DNA from: a virus
Taxonomy: Duplodnaviria > Caudoviricetes
Virus record (IMG/VR): IMGVR_UViG_3300037311_000229
Location: 1 to 27,817 of that record
Length of the DNA stretch: 27,817 nucleotides
Strand: one strand, 5' to 3'
In this document: positions 16,701 to 26,300 of the stretch, piece by piece
Layout of the letters: each line of letters opens with the position of its first letter
Position numbering within the stretch: the stretch's first letter is position 1
Notes under the pieces: model-generated
The model's input: the letters and a program-made list of their open reading frames with translations, nothing else
Databases searched by the model: none
What the model was told of the DNA's origin: nothing
Program-made: the position numbers and the translations under genes

Positions 16701-17874
16701 TGCGCTCAAGATGCTCCAGGATCTGCTTCTGAAAGGCGTGGTTGCGGAAGCTCGCGATGTTCGGCGGTTTCACCTTCACGATCACCTTGTGCTCGCGCCC
16801 GCCGCTCTCGAAACGGAACTCCAGCTTGACGTAATTGATGCGCAGATCGTCGAAGTCGATCTCGGGCGCCAGCTCGACGAGCCGGACGATCGCGTTCTGG
16901 CTGTCGCGGACCGTCATCGCCCAGGGCGAATAGCGGACCTTGCCGTCGACCTCATGCTCGCCTTCGTCGATCTGGATTTCCTTCACCAGGATGGCGTTGG
17001 TCTCGGGATCCCAGGCGTGGTTGAAGCGAAAGCCGGTGCCTTGCCGCTGGATCGGAGCCAGCGTGTAGATCTGTTCGGCATTCGCGCCCTTGAAGAGGTC
17101 CTTGTCTCCGAGCATGTGCTCCGCGAACAGCTCGGCCAACTTCTTGCGCTCCGCTGCCGCCGTGGCGCTGATCCAGACCCGTCCCGTCGCGGAATGGTAC
17201 CGGATCGTGTCCTGCGCGATCTCGCGATAGGTTAACGTGCGTTCGGACCCGTTCTCCTCGACGTTGGCGGTCACGGCGTTCTTGCCATGCAGCACGAGGA
17301 TGCAGATCTCATCATCCTCCGGATACCAGCGCACGTCGCAGTACTTGCCGAGGTAGCGTCCGGCGAAATAGCCCGAAGCGGCAGCGCGAAAGGCTTCCTT
17401 CGCGGCGTCGTCAGTGTGGCGGGATTCAACACCTTCCTTCGCGCCGCTGAATTCCGTCGGCGACTTCACCGCCCAGAAGGCGAACTTGTCGAGGGTCAGG
17501 TCGAAGACCGCGCGATGGTCCAGGAACGCCCGCAGAGCGAGATGGCGAGGCGTCACGATCTTCGCGTCGGCCTCATCGGGCGGCACGATGGCCACCCCTG
17601 CCAGATCTGCCTGCTCGTGGAGTAGCCGAGCGCCATTCTCGTTCGACAAGACCATGATCTTGTGGAGCGCATCGAGCAGCTCGGCCGGAAACGTCTCGTC
17701 GGTTCCACGGAAGAACTCGAAGATCGCCTCACGCTTCTCCTTTTCATCAGCAGGCAGTGCATTCCAGTCGAGCTGGATCACCGACGCGTAGGGATCGATC
17801 AGCCGCTTCAGCAGATCGAGGTCGACGGTTTTCGCGAAGTCGCGGTTCACGAATTTCTTGACGTTCTTGGCCAT
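16648..17874 (-). CDS. Conserved hypothetical protein, 408 aa (first gene after LexA box)
   Basis: Long ORF with protein-like composition and GC3 bias; no motif recognised. Confidence 0.85.
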   Translation of the reverse strand: MAKNVKKFVNRDFAKTVDLDLLKRLIDPYASVIQLDWNALPADEKEKREAIFEFFRGTDETFPAELLDALHKIMVLSNENGARLLHEQADLAGVAIVPPDEADAKIVTPRHLALRAFLDHRAVFDLTLDKFAFWAVKSPTEFSGAKEGVESRHTDDAAKEAFRAAASGYFAGRYLGKYCDVRWYPEDDEICILVLHGKNAVTANVEENGSERTLTYREIAQDTIRYHSATGRVWISATAAAERKKLAELFAEHMLGDKDLFKGANAEQIYTLAPIQRQGTGFRFNHAWDPETNAILVKEIQIDEGEHEVDGKVRYSPWAMTVRDSQNAIVRLVELAPEIDFDDLRINYVKLEFRFESGGREHKVIVKVKPPNIASFRNHAFQKQILEHLERNGIRLTRQPVATAVAAE

Positions 17875-17893
17875 GGGAGCGGTCCGGCAGCAA

Positions 17894-17923
17894 AGGTTAT
17901 GTTCTTGTTACGTTCTATCGCAA
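17894..17923 (-). promoter_or_regulatory. Sigma70 promoter with alphaproteobacterial LexA box
   Basis: Minus strand TTGCGA-N18-TAACCT, with GAAC-GTAACAA-GAAC (GTTC-N7-GTTC, 17901-17915) inside the spacer. Confidence 0.8.
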
Positions 17924-17954
17924 GCGTGGCCGTGAGTCGATTCAGGTTGCAGCC

Positions 17955-17985
17955 CCTGAGACGGTTTCTCCACATGCTGAGTAGG
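17955..17985 (+). promoter_or_regulatory. Candidate element-sigma promoter, copy 2 (recombinase operon)
   Basis: CCTGAGACGGTTTC-tccacatgc-TGAGTAGG. Confidence 0.7.
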
Positions 17986-18012
17986 TGACCGGGGAGGAGA
18001 CCCGGTGACCGA

Positions 18013-18228
18013 ATGACTGGCCCCAACGCCCTGCGCCCCGAACTGATGAGCGATGCCGAGCGGCTCGACGAGGCGGCCGAGATCCTCGCGCGCGGCGTCG
18101 TCCGGCTTCGGCAGCGGCGGGAGGGACGACCCACACCTTTATCTCGCGAGTGCGGAGACAGTTCGGTGGACTTCACCGCCGACCGACGCCGTCATGCGGA
18201 CACGCAACTCGGCGGAGACCGCCCATGA
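18013..18228 (+). CDS. Hypothetical protein, 71 aa
   Basis: 'NAL.PELMS.AERLDE..EILARG..RL'; ATGA-coupled to DUF2924. Confidence 0.75.
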   Translation: MTGPNALRPELMSDAERLDEAAEILARGVVRLRQRREGRPTPLSRECGDSSVDFTADRRRHADTQLGGDRP

Positions 18229-18671
18229 ATGATCCCGTGCTGGCGCGCGTCGCCGCCATCAAGACCATGCCCACGCCCGCCCTGAAAACGATGTGGCGCG
18301 ATCTCCATGGCACCGAAGCGCCGCCCTACAACCGGCGCTTCCTCGAAAGCCGTCTGGCCTATCGCATCCAGGAATTGGCCTATGGCGGGCTCAAGCCCGA
18401 GACGGTGAAACGACTCGACGCGCTCGCGCGCGGTGTCGAGGACACCAATCCCAAGACGCGGCGGATCCGTACCGACCGCAAGCCGGTGGCTGGCACGCGC
18501 TTGCTGCGCGAGTTTCAGGGCGTCGAGCACATCGTGACGGTCACTGTCGAGGGCTACGAGTACCGGGGCCGACCCTACAAGTCGCTGTCTGCCATCGCAA
18601 AGGCCATCACCGGCGTGAAGTGGAACGGCTGGGTGTTCTTCGGCCTGAAGAGCGCGGGGAGCGGCACATGA
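18225..18671 (+). CDS. DUF2924-family protein, 148 aa
   Basis: ATG 18225 after GGAG; 'RLAYRIQELAYGGL', 'GTRLLREFQG..H.V', 'YKSLSAIAKAITG.KWNGW.FFGL'. Confidence 0.9.
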   Translation: MNDPVLARVAAIKTMPTPALKTMWRDLHGTEAPPYNRRFLESRLAYRIQELAYGGLKPETVKRLDALARGVEDTNPKTRRIRTDRKPVAGTRLLREFQGVEHIVTVTVEGYEYRGRPYKSLSAIAKAITGVKWNGWVFFGLKSAGSGT

Positions 18672-20008
18672 GGCGAGCGGCGACCGGCCATCATCCGACG
18701 ACGAAAATCACGCCGAAGGTGCGGTGCGCGATCTACACGCGCAAATCGTCCGAGGAAGGGCTCGACATGGAGTTCAACAGCCTCGACGCCCAGCGCGAGG
18801 CCTGTGCCGCCTATATCCTGAGCCAGAAGCCGGAGGGCTGGGTTGCCGTCGCCGACCGCTATGACGATGGCGGGATCTCCGGCGGCACGCTTGAGCGTCC
18901 GGCGTTGAAGCGGCTCATCGCCGACATCGAGTTCGGTAAGGTCGATGTGGTCGTCGTCTACAAGATCGACCGGCTGTCGCGCTCGCTGATGGACTTCGCC
19001 AAGCTGGTCGAGGTGTTCAAGCGGCGCGGCGTCACCTTCGTCAGCGTCACGCAGTCCTTCAACACGACGACCTCGATGGGGCGGCTGACGCTGAATATCC
19101 TATTGTCCTTCGCCCAGTTCGAGCGGGAGGTGATAGGCGAGCGCATCCGCGACAAGGTCGCGGCCTCGCGCCGGAAGGGCATGTGGATGGGCGGCTACGT
19201 GCCGCTCGGCTACCGCGTCGAGAACCGCAAGCTGCTCGTCAACGAGGAAGAAGCGGCATCCGTCCGGCTGATCTTCGAGCGGTTCGTGAAGCTCGGATCG
19301 ATCAAGCTGCTGATACGGGAACTGCAAGCGGCCAACGTCCGCAGCAGGCGCGGCTACATGCTCGACAAGGGCGCGCTCTACAAGCTGCTCAACAACCGGG
19401 TCTATATCGGCGAGGCCGTCCACAAGGGCGAGGCCTATCCCGGCGAGCACGAGGCGATCATCAGCGCCGATCTCTGGAAGCGCACCCACGCCATCATGGG
19501 CGAAAGCCCGCGCATGCGCGCCAACCAGACCCGACTGTCGGGACCGTCCCTGCTGCGCGGCCTGATCTTCTCGCCGAACGGCGACGCGATGTCGCCGAGC
19601 CACACCCGAAAGGGCGACCGGCTCTACCGCTACTATGTCACGCAGTCGGTCCTCAAACGCGGTCCCGGAACTTGTCCCGTGGGCCGGATCCCCGCCGCCG
19701 AGATCGAGATGGCGGTGATCGAGCAGCTTCGTGGCTTTCTGCGCGCGCCGGAACTGATCGTACGGACATGGATGACCGCGATCCGACACGACGATCGCAT
19801 CACCGAAGCCGAGGTTCGCGACGCCTTCGAGCGGCTTGATCCGATGTGGGACGAGCTGTTCCCCGCCGAGCAGGCGCGCATCGTCCAGCTTCTGGTCGAA
19901 AGGGTCGACGTGAAGGTCGATGGCATCGCGATCCGCCTCCGCACCGGCGGGCTGACCAAGCTGCTGGGCGAACTCCAGACCTTCACTGACCGAAAGGACG
20001 CGGCCTGA
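18668..20008 (+). CDS. Large serine recombinase (integrase), 446 aa
   Basis: True start ATG 18668 (ATGA). AIYTRKSS catalytic Ser, DDGGISGGTLERPAL, YKIDRLSR, VPLGY recombinase domain, YRYY. Confidence 0.95.
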   Translation: MRRAATGHHPTTKITPKVRCAIYTRKSSEEGLDMEFNSLDAQREACAAYILSQKPEGWVAVADRYDDGGISGGTLERPALKRLIADIEFGKVDVVVVYKIDRLSRSLMDFAKLVEVFKRRGVTFVSVTQSFNTTTSMGRLTLNILLSFAQFEREVIGERIRDKVAASRRKGMWMGGYVPLGYRVENRKLLVNEEEAASVRLIFERFVKLGSIKLLIRELQAANVRSRRGYMLDKGALYKLLNNRVYIGEAVHKGEAYPGEHEAIISADLWKRTHAIMGESPRMRANQTRLSGPSLLRGLIFSPNGDAMSPSHTRKGDRLYRYYVTQSVLKRGPGTCPVGRIPAAEIEMAVIEQLRGFLRAPELIVRTWMTAIRHDDRITEAEVRDAFERLDPMWDELFPAEQARIVQLLVERVDVKVDGIAIRLRTGGLTKLLGELQTFTDRKDAA

Positions 20009-20412
20009 TGGCGAAGGGCGCTCTCTTCCACGATGCAGGCGCGCTCACCGTCACCGTGCCGATGACCTTCCGGAAGCGGGGTGGGCGCAAGCTCGTCATC
20101 GCGCCGAACGGGGCCGATGCGTGGGCGCTGCCCCGCGCCCGCATCGACAACACCATGGTCAAGGCGCTGGCCCGCGCCCATCGCTGGAAGAAGCAGCTCG
20201 ACACCGGGCGCTTCCAGACTGTCCAGGATCTTGCCGAGGCAGAGAAGATCAACCCGTCCTACATCGCACGCGTGCTGCGCCTGACCCTGCTTGCGCCCGA
20301 CATTGTCGAGGCGATCCTTGACGGGCGGCAGCCGCCGGGATTGCAGCTGGACGAGCTGCTGGCGCCGTTCCCGGTGGAGTGGGTAAAGCAGCGAGCTGCA
20401 CTCAGCCTCTGA
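20008..20412 (+). CDS. Recombinase-associated HTH protein, 134 aa
   Basis: TGATG-coupled; 'RKRGGRK..KALARAHRW..DLAEAEKINPSYIARVLRL.LLAPDIVEAILDGRQP'. Confidence 0.8.
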   Translation: MAKGALFHDAGALTVTVPMTFRKRGGRKLVIAPNGADAWALPRARIDNTMVKALARAHRWKKQLDTGRFQTVQDLAEAEKINPSYIARVLRLTLLAPDIVEAILDGRQPPGLQLDELLAPFPVEWVKQRAALSL

Positions 20413-20455
20413 CGCTGATCGCCGGCCACGAAAACGCGCGCTGGTCAAGATTCTA

Positions 20456-20519
20456 TTGCCCGGCGATCATCTCTCGACTAGCTTGTTCCTAAAGCCCAGT
20501 AACTAGGCGCGCCTGGTTA
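20456..20519 (+). promoter_or_regulatory. Sigma70 promoter plus WYL-regulator operator
   Basis: TTGCCC-N17-TAGCTT (20456-20484), then the 20-bp palindrome TAACTAGGCG|CGCCTGGTTA (20500-20519, 9/10 pairs). Confidence 0.7.
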
Positions 20520-20552
20520 GCGGACGGATCATTTCATCGGGAGTATAGTGGG

Positions 20553-21446
20553 TTGGAAGCGAAGTCCGAACTTCGCTGGGGAGTCGAGCAGCGTCTCGAG
20601 TTCATAGAGTTCCGCCTGTTCTGGGAGGGACATGTGAACCGCAGCGACCTGATGGACCAGTTCGGGGTCTCGGTGAACCAGGCGTCCACCGACCTGAACC
20701 GCTATATCGGCTTCGCGCCCGACAACATGGTCTACGACAAGAGCGCGCGGACCTACGTCCGTGGCCCCGAGTTCAAGCCCCGGTTCCTCGAACCCGACTC
20801 AAGCCGTTACCTCGCCCAGCTTCGGTCGGTGGCGGACGGGATCCTCGACCGCGAGGACTCCTGGATCGCCGACCTCCCACCCTACGCCTCAGCCCCGACT
20901 CCGGTGCGCGAAGTCAACCCGGTGACGCTCCGCTCCGTGGTCGGCGCCATACGCCGGTCCGATGCGATCGAGGTGAAGTACCAGTCCCTGTCCAGTCCGG
21001 AGCCGCGCTGGCGTTGGATCGCTCCGCACGCCATCGGGTTCGACGGGTTTCGCTGGCACACACGGGCTTTCTGCCTGACCGACGAAGCGTTCAAGGACTT
21101 CCTGCTTTCGCGAATACTGGAGATTCGCGGGTCGCGGGAAAGCGAAGTGCCTTCAGGGCACGACGGCGACTGGAATACCGAGGTTACCCTGGAGATCGGG
21201 CCCCACCCCGCCCTGTCGGAAACTCAAGCAAAGGTCATCGCGCTTGACTACGGGATGCGTGGCGGCAAGGCGAAGATCAAGGTCCGGCGCGCGCTGCTCT
21301 ACTATGCGCTCCGGCGTCTCGGGCTCGATACTGATCCTAGCGCAAGGCAGCCGCAGGATCAGCAGATCGTGCTCTTGAACCGTGACAAGCTTGGGGGGTC
21401 AGCGCGATCAGCGTTGAACGCAGATCTGAATACGACGGCAACATAA
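20553..21446 (+). CDS. CapW/BrxR-like wHTH-WYL-WCX transcriptional regulator
   Basis: 'RLEFIEFRLFWEG.VNRSDL...FGVS..QAS.DL..Y', 'YQSLS..RWIAPH..RWH.RAFC..FKDFLLSRI'; TTG start after GGAG. Confidence 0.9.
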   Translation: MEAKSELRWGVEQRLEFIEFRLFWEGHVNRSDLMDQFGVSVNQASTDLNRYIGFAPDNMVYDKSARTYVRGPEFKPRFLEPDSSRYLAQLRSVADGILDREDSWIADLPPYASAPTPVREVNPVTLRSVVGAIRRSDAIEVKYQSLSSPEPRWRWIAPHAIGFDGFRWHTRAFCLTDEAFKDFLLSRILEIRGSRESEVPSGHDGDWNTEVTLEIGPHPALSETQAKVIALDYGMRGGKAKIKVRRALLYYALRRLGLDTDPSARQPQDQQIVLLNRDKLGGSARSALNADLNTTAT

Positions 21447-21475
21447 TACATTGTTCGGTAGGGAATTCTGTAGCC

Positions 21476-23350
21476 ATGAATATTGCTGGGAAAGCTCCGC
21501 TGGATACAGGCTGGGATGCAGATCAGCGCAGGGTGATCGAGGCCGAGACCGATGCCCGGCTTATCGTTGAAGCCGGTCCCGGAACCGGAAAGACAGCCGT
21601 CGCCTGCGCGCGCCTCGCCTACCTCATCAACGAAGAAGACATTGAGGCCAGCAATACCTGGATGATCAGCTTCACCCGGACAGCGGTGGCCGAAATCCGT
21701 GCACGGCTGCATTCCTACGTTGGTGATGCATCCTTTGGCATTCGGATAGCGACCATCGACTCGCATGCGTGGTCCATCCACTCCGGGCACGACCCGAATG
21801 CCAGGCTGACCGGTTCTTACGAAGAAAACATTACCCGCGTCATCGAGCTGTTGAAGTCTGACGAGGACGTGGCAGACGAACTGGCGCAGATCGAGCACGT
21901 CGTCATTGACGAGGCGCAGGACCTCGTTGGGCAGAGAGCGGATTTGATCGAGGCTCTGGTGAATCGGCTGCCTTCGGACTGCGGCATTACGGTGTTCGCT
22001 GACGAGGCCCAGGCGATCTATGGTTTCTCCGACGACAGCATCGGACGTTGCAAGGGGGGAGCCTTAGGGCTTGGCAAGCTGCTCCTCGACCGCTTGCGAG
22101 GTGTAATGGCACCGGGCTTCACCACTCTTGCCCTCAAGGAGATCTATCGTACGTCCTCCCCCGGGCTTCGCAAGATCTTCACCGAGTTACGGAGTGATAT
22201 ACTCGACAAGCAGAAACACCGCGACGGTTTGCACGGCCAGACAGCGGAGAGAATCCGGGCGCTGGCGGACCAGCAAGGGCTGAAGTGGACGCAAATGAAA
22301 GTTGCGGACTTTACGAGAGATGACCTCTTGCTCTTCCGAACTCGTGCTGAAGTCCTGATGGCATCGCAATTCTGTGACCTTCCACATCGGCTGCGCCTGT
22401 CAGGATATGGGGTAACGCTGCCGGCATGGCTGGCGATCTGTTTCGCGGATTTTGTTGATCCGTTTATTGCCGAACGACGCTTTCTGGATCTCTGGGCGGC
22501 GCGCATCGAGAACAAGGCTGCGCCGCATTATGGTCCAGCTGAAGCCTGGCAACACCTCATGCGCGTTGCCGGCCGCAAGGACGGCTCTGTTGATATGCAG
22601 AGGCTGAGAAGGCGCCTAGGCCAGACCCGCCCCCCTGTCGAGTTGACGCTCCCCGAATACGGTCTCCACGGACCGATCGTCGGAACCATACATGCCAGCA
22701 AGGGTCGCGAGGCCAGCAACGTCGTTCTGCTGCTGCCGAACGGTGCGGAGTTCGAGAGCATTGAGGACGAAATAGAAGAAACGCGTGTGCTGTTTGTCGG
22801 AGCCACGCGTGCGCGCGCATCCCTGATTGTCGGGGAGAGCAACGCGTTTAGAGCATCAACATTGGCATCAGGACGGGTTCATCGTTCGGCCGGAAACGGC
22901 AAATCGACGATGGTTGAGATCGGCCGTGATGGCGACATCACTGCTCGCGGTCTCGTCGGTCGCAGTGAATTCAGCGCAGCCGACGCCGCGGCAGGACAGG
23001 CACTTCTCACCAAGGTCGCCGATGTCGTCACGACCTACAAGCTGGAAGCGGATGCTGATCTCGATTGGCGCTACAGGATCCGAGCTGGCAACGAGGGCCC
23101 TCGCGTCGGTGCCCTGTCGCGCAACCTCACGTACGACCTGTGGGAGATACTGTCGAACAGGAACCAGAAGAACAGCCACAGGCCGCCGGGCTACGTAAAT
23201 CACGTCAGAGGTCAGGGCTGTGCAACAATTGTCCTGAGTCCGGACGACAATGACCTCGAGACATTGAATGAACCATGGGCTTCCTCCGGTTTCATCCTGA
23301 CGCCGAGAATTGCTGCGTTCCCCCCCTTCTTCTTTTCAGGCCGGAGGTAG
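21476..23350 (+). CDS. Compact SF1 UvrD-like helicase with unknown C-terminal domain
   Basis: AGPGTGKT, SFTR, TIDS, DEAQD, DEAQAIYGF, TIHASKGRE, LFVGATRAR. Confidence 0.9.
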   Translation: MNIAGKAPLDTGWDADQRRVIEAETDARLIVEAGPGTGKTAVACARLAYLINEEDIEASNTWMISFTRTAVAEIRARLHSYVGDASFGIRIATIDSHAWSIHSGHDPNARLTGSYEENITRVIELLKSDEDVADELAQIEHVVIDEAQDLVGQRADLIEALVNRLPSDCGITVFADEAQAIYGFSDDSIGRCKGGALGLGKLLLDRLRGVMAPGFTTLALKEIYRTSSPGLRKIFTELRSDILDKQKHRDGLHGQTAERIRALADQQGLKWTQMKVADFTRDDLLLFRTRAEVLMASQFCDLPHRLRLSGYGVTLPAWLAICFADFVDPFIAERRFLDLWAARIENKAAPHYGPAEAWQHLMRVAGRKDGSVDMQRLRRRLGQTRPPVELTLPEYGLHGPIVGTIHASKGREASNVVLLLPNGAEFESIEDEIEETRVLFVGATRARASLIVGESNAFRASTLASGRVHRSAGNGKSTMVEIGRDGDITARGLVGRSEFSAADAAAGQALLTKVADVVTTYKLEADADLDWRYRIRAGNEGPRVGALSRNLTYDLWEILSNRNQKNSHRPPGYVNHVRGQGCATIVLSPDDNDLETLNEPWASSGFILTPRIAAFPPFFFSGRR

Positions 23351-23355
23351 CCGCA

Positions 23356-26300
23356 ATGCAGGACAAGTCACTCGATAGGGATACCGTCGCCTGTCGGCTT
23401 GCCGAGGATCTTATCGGGCCGCGTGCAGAGGACAAGGAACTGACAGCACGCCCGTCGGATGTCTACCTCACCGGCATCCTATGGCCCTAGCGTACGGCGA
23501 TGTCGGGCGAGGATGATGAACGCCTCGGGACCGCGGGCGCTGGCTCGGGCGAGGAGAGCGACGGCGAGAACGATGCAGTCAGGACCGGCTCGATCCAGAA
23601 GCCCTCCGTGGCAGGCATATCATTCAGCGTTGTTGCGTCCAGTGGTATCCCGCAAGTGCGGGTTACCTGCAGCTTTGCCACGTATCGGATCGAAAAGCGC
23701 GACGACGTCGACATCTGGGTCCGCCAACCGCACAGGGTTGAGATTCCAGTTCTTGATCTGCCGCCCGGCCCTACGCGTGAGCTTGCGCTTGCGGAACACG
23801 GTGACGGGCTGCCCAACGTCTCGCTCAGTGTCAGATGCATAAATGCAGGTGGGTCCGTTCTCGTCACTCTCTCACTCGTGAATTCGATAGTCCCAGAACA
23901 GGGTCGAAACGAGATCGAGGCTGCGTCGCTGTTCCAGACGGCTCTTCGCGTCGAGCCCTGTGATGGCACTCTGCTGGTGCCGAAGCCCCCCCGGCGCGCG
24001 GCGTCGCGGCATCAAAGGGGGGCCGACGTGCCCGCCGCTGTGAGTGACGAGGAAAGCGGAGCTCTGCTGTACAGGAACGTGGCCGAGTTTGCCGTCGGGC
24101 ATGTCTGCTCCGCCGAGTGGGAATCCTTGGACCACGCAGCCGGAACCCGCCCCACTGCACGATGGGTCGGGACGACCTGGCTCCCTTCAGCGATCGTCGA
24201 GGGCGTCGATCCGAATGGCCACACATTCTTTTCCGAGCTTGGCAAGGACAGCGGGGGTTTCGATCCGCTTTCGGCTGAAGCACTGGCCTGCGCCGATGCA
24301 GCGGCCCTCGAGCAGGGGTTGAAACTTTTCTGCGATGCCTATGACCGTTGGATAAAAATGCAGCGGAAGCGCCTCGACGATACTTCAGACGTGCGATCAG
24401 AACTGAGAGCCGTGGCTGGGGCGCATCTAGCCCAATGTGATCTGGCGCTTGGGCGCATGCGGGCATCGGTTGACCAGCTTGGCACCGATTTGCGTCTGCG
24501 CCGCGCTTTCCAGCTGGCAAACCTAGCCATGCATCTGCAGCATCCCTGGGACAACTCCAAGAGCCGCCACGGCTCCCTGCGCTGGCGCCCGTTCCAGCTA
24601 GGATTCCTGCTCCTCAGTGCGCCATCCTCGGTCATCCGTGATCACGTGCACCGAGGCGTCATGGACCTCCTCTGGTTTCCCACCGGCGGTGGCAAGACCG
24701 AGGCATACCTCGCGCTGATCGCGTGCATCGCCGTGTATCGTCGGCTCTCCGATGATCCGAGTGACCACAGTGGTGTCTGTGCCCTCATGCGCTACACGCT
24801 GCGACTTCTCACGACCCAGCAGTTCGCACGCTCTGCCGCGATGATCGTGGCCCTCGAGGCGATACGCTCTGGTCGCGAGTCGGCTCCCGACGGGCTGCCG
24901 CTTCAAGGTGACGAACCATTCTCCATCGGCCTGTGGGTCGGAGGAGACGCCACTCCCAACAAGCGTGCCGACGCATTTGCTTCCCTCCGAGGGTCTTCGG
25001 AGGTGGCTTCGCCAAAACAGCTCGCCCGCTGTCCTGCCTGTGGTGAGAAACTGACCTGGTCGATGGCGAGCGCCACTTCACCCGTTGATGCCGAATGCAC
25101 GAACAGCACGTGCAAGATGCATGGAATCCTGCCTGTCTTCACTGTGGACGAGGATGTCTACGAGAGACGGCCGACGTTGCTTATCGGAACAGCTGACAAG
25201 TTCGCTCAGATCGTTCGAGAGAAGCGAACCAACGGCCTGCTTGGGGTTTCGGATAGTTCTCCGCCTGACCTCATCATCCAGGACGAACTGCACCTGATCT
25301 CCGGTCCTCTGGGGACGATCGCGGGCGCATATGAGGCGGCATTCGACCTGATGTTCGCCGCTCGCGGACACCGGGCAAAGGTCATTGGCTCGACCGCTAC
25401 GATCCGCAGAGCGTCGGAGCAGGTGTTGGCCCTTTTCGATCGCGAAGCATTCCAGTTCCCACCGCCAGCAATAGATCACGACGATTCCGGTTTCGCGGTT
25501 CGTGATCGGCGGCCGAAGGCTGTGGGGAGACGATATCTCGGTGTCACAACGGCCGGTCGATCGGCAAAGTTCACGTTGCAGGCAGTTGCGGGCTCCCTGC
25601 TGCAAACAGCGTTCGGGGCATTCAGCGATGATGTTCGCCGGGATGCCTACTGGACGCTCGTCGGGTACTTCAACTCGCTTCGCGAGCTTGGAGGTGCGCT
25701 CGTCCTCATGCAGGACGACGTCACCGACAGCATCGCGCTTTATGCTGATGCTCGCGCCGAGGATAGAAGACCCCTCAGCAACGTCGAGGAACTGACATCC
25801 CGGCGAACGCAGGAAGAAATCCGCGGAATGCTCGACCTGCTCGACATCAAGGTAGGTTTCCCTGGCGCTGTTGATGCCGTTCTTGCGACCAACATGGTCA
25901 GCGTCGGCGTGGACATTTCGCGGCTGGGACTGATGCTGGTCAACGGACAACCCAAGACCATCGCCGAGTATATCCAGTCGACCAGCCGCGTCGGGCGGGG
26001 AGACGTCAGCGGCCTTGTCGTCTCGGTTCTCAACAACGCGAAGGCGCGCGACCGTTCTCATTTCGAGACGTTCTGCAGCTGGCATCGCACGCTCTACAGG
26101 GATGTTGAGGCGACCAGCGTTACTCCCTTCGCGTCACGGGCTCGCGACAGGGCGCTGCATGCGGCACTGGTTGCCGCAGTGCGCCACCTTGTTCCCGACA
26201 TGCTCGACTCTCCCAGCATGGACGACGACGCGGAAGATCTGGCGATGGACCTCATCGACCTGCTCGTCGAGCGGGCGAAGCGGGTCGATCCTGAAGAGAC

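Larger units (their letters stand above)
1..20412. mobile_element. Prophage / integrative element (partial; continues left of the window), serine-recombinase type, partly decayed
   Basis: Terminase-small-like start, cos-like site, phage MTases, replication/recombination cluster, sigma factor and large serine recombinase in a coherent order with many ATGA couplings. att sites not identified, so the right boundary is approximate. Confidence 0.85.

Noticed and set aside
18293-18667. N-terminal extension of the recombinase (571 aa)
   Set aside because: Overlaps DUF2924; the catalytic domain begins just after the coupled ATG at 18668.
20413-20455. att site next to the recombinase
   Set aside because: No repeat partner or clear dyad visible in the window; needs an empty-site comparison.
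21453-21468. Second LexA box before uvrD
   Set aside because: GTTC-N8-ATTC: wrong spacing and a mismatch.
8614-23490. Two in-frame TAGs as evidence of amber recoding
   Set aside because: uvrD ends in a normal TAG beside the next RBS, and a frameshift and an IS hit also occur. Decay is the simpler explanation.
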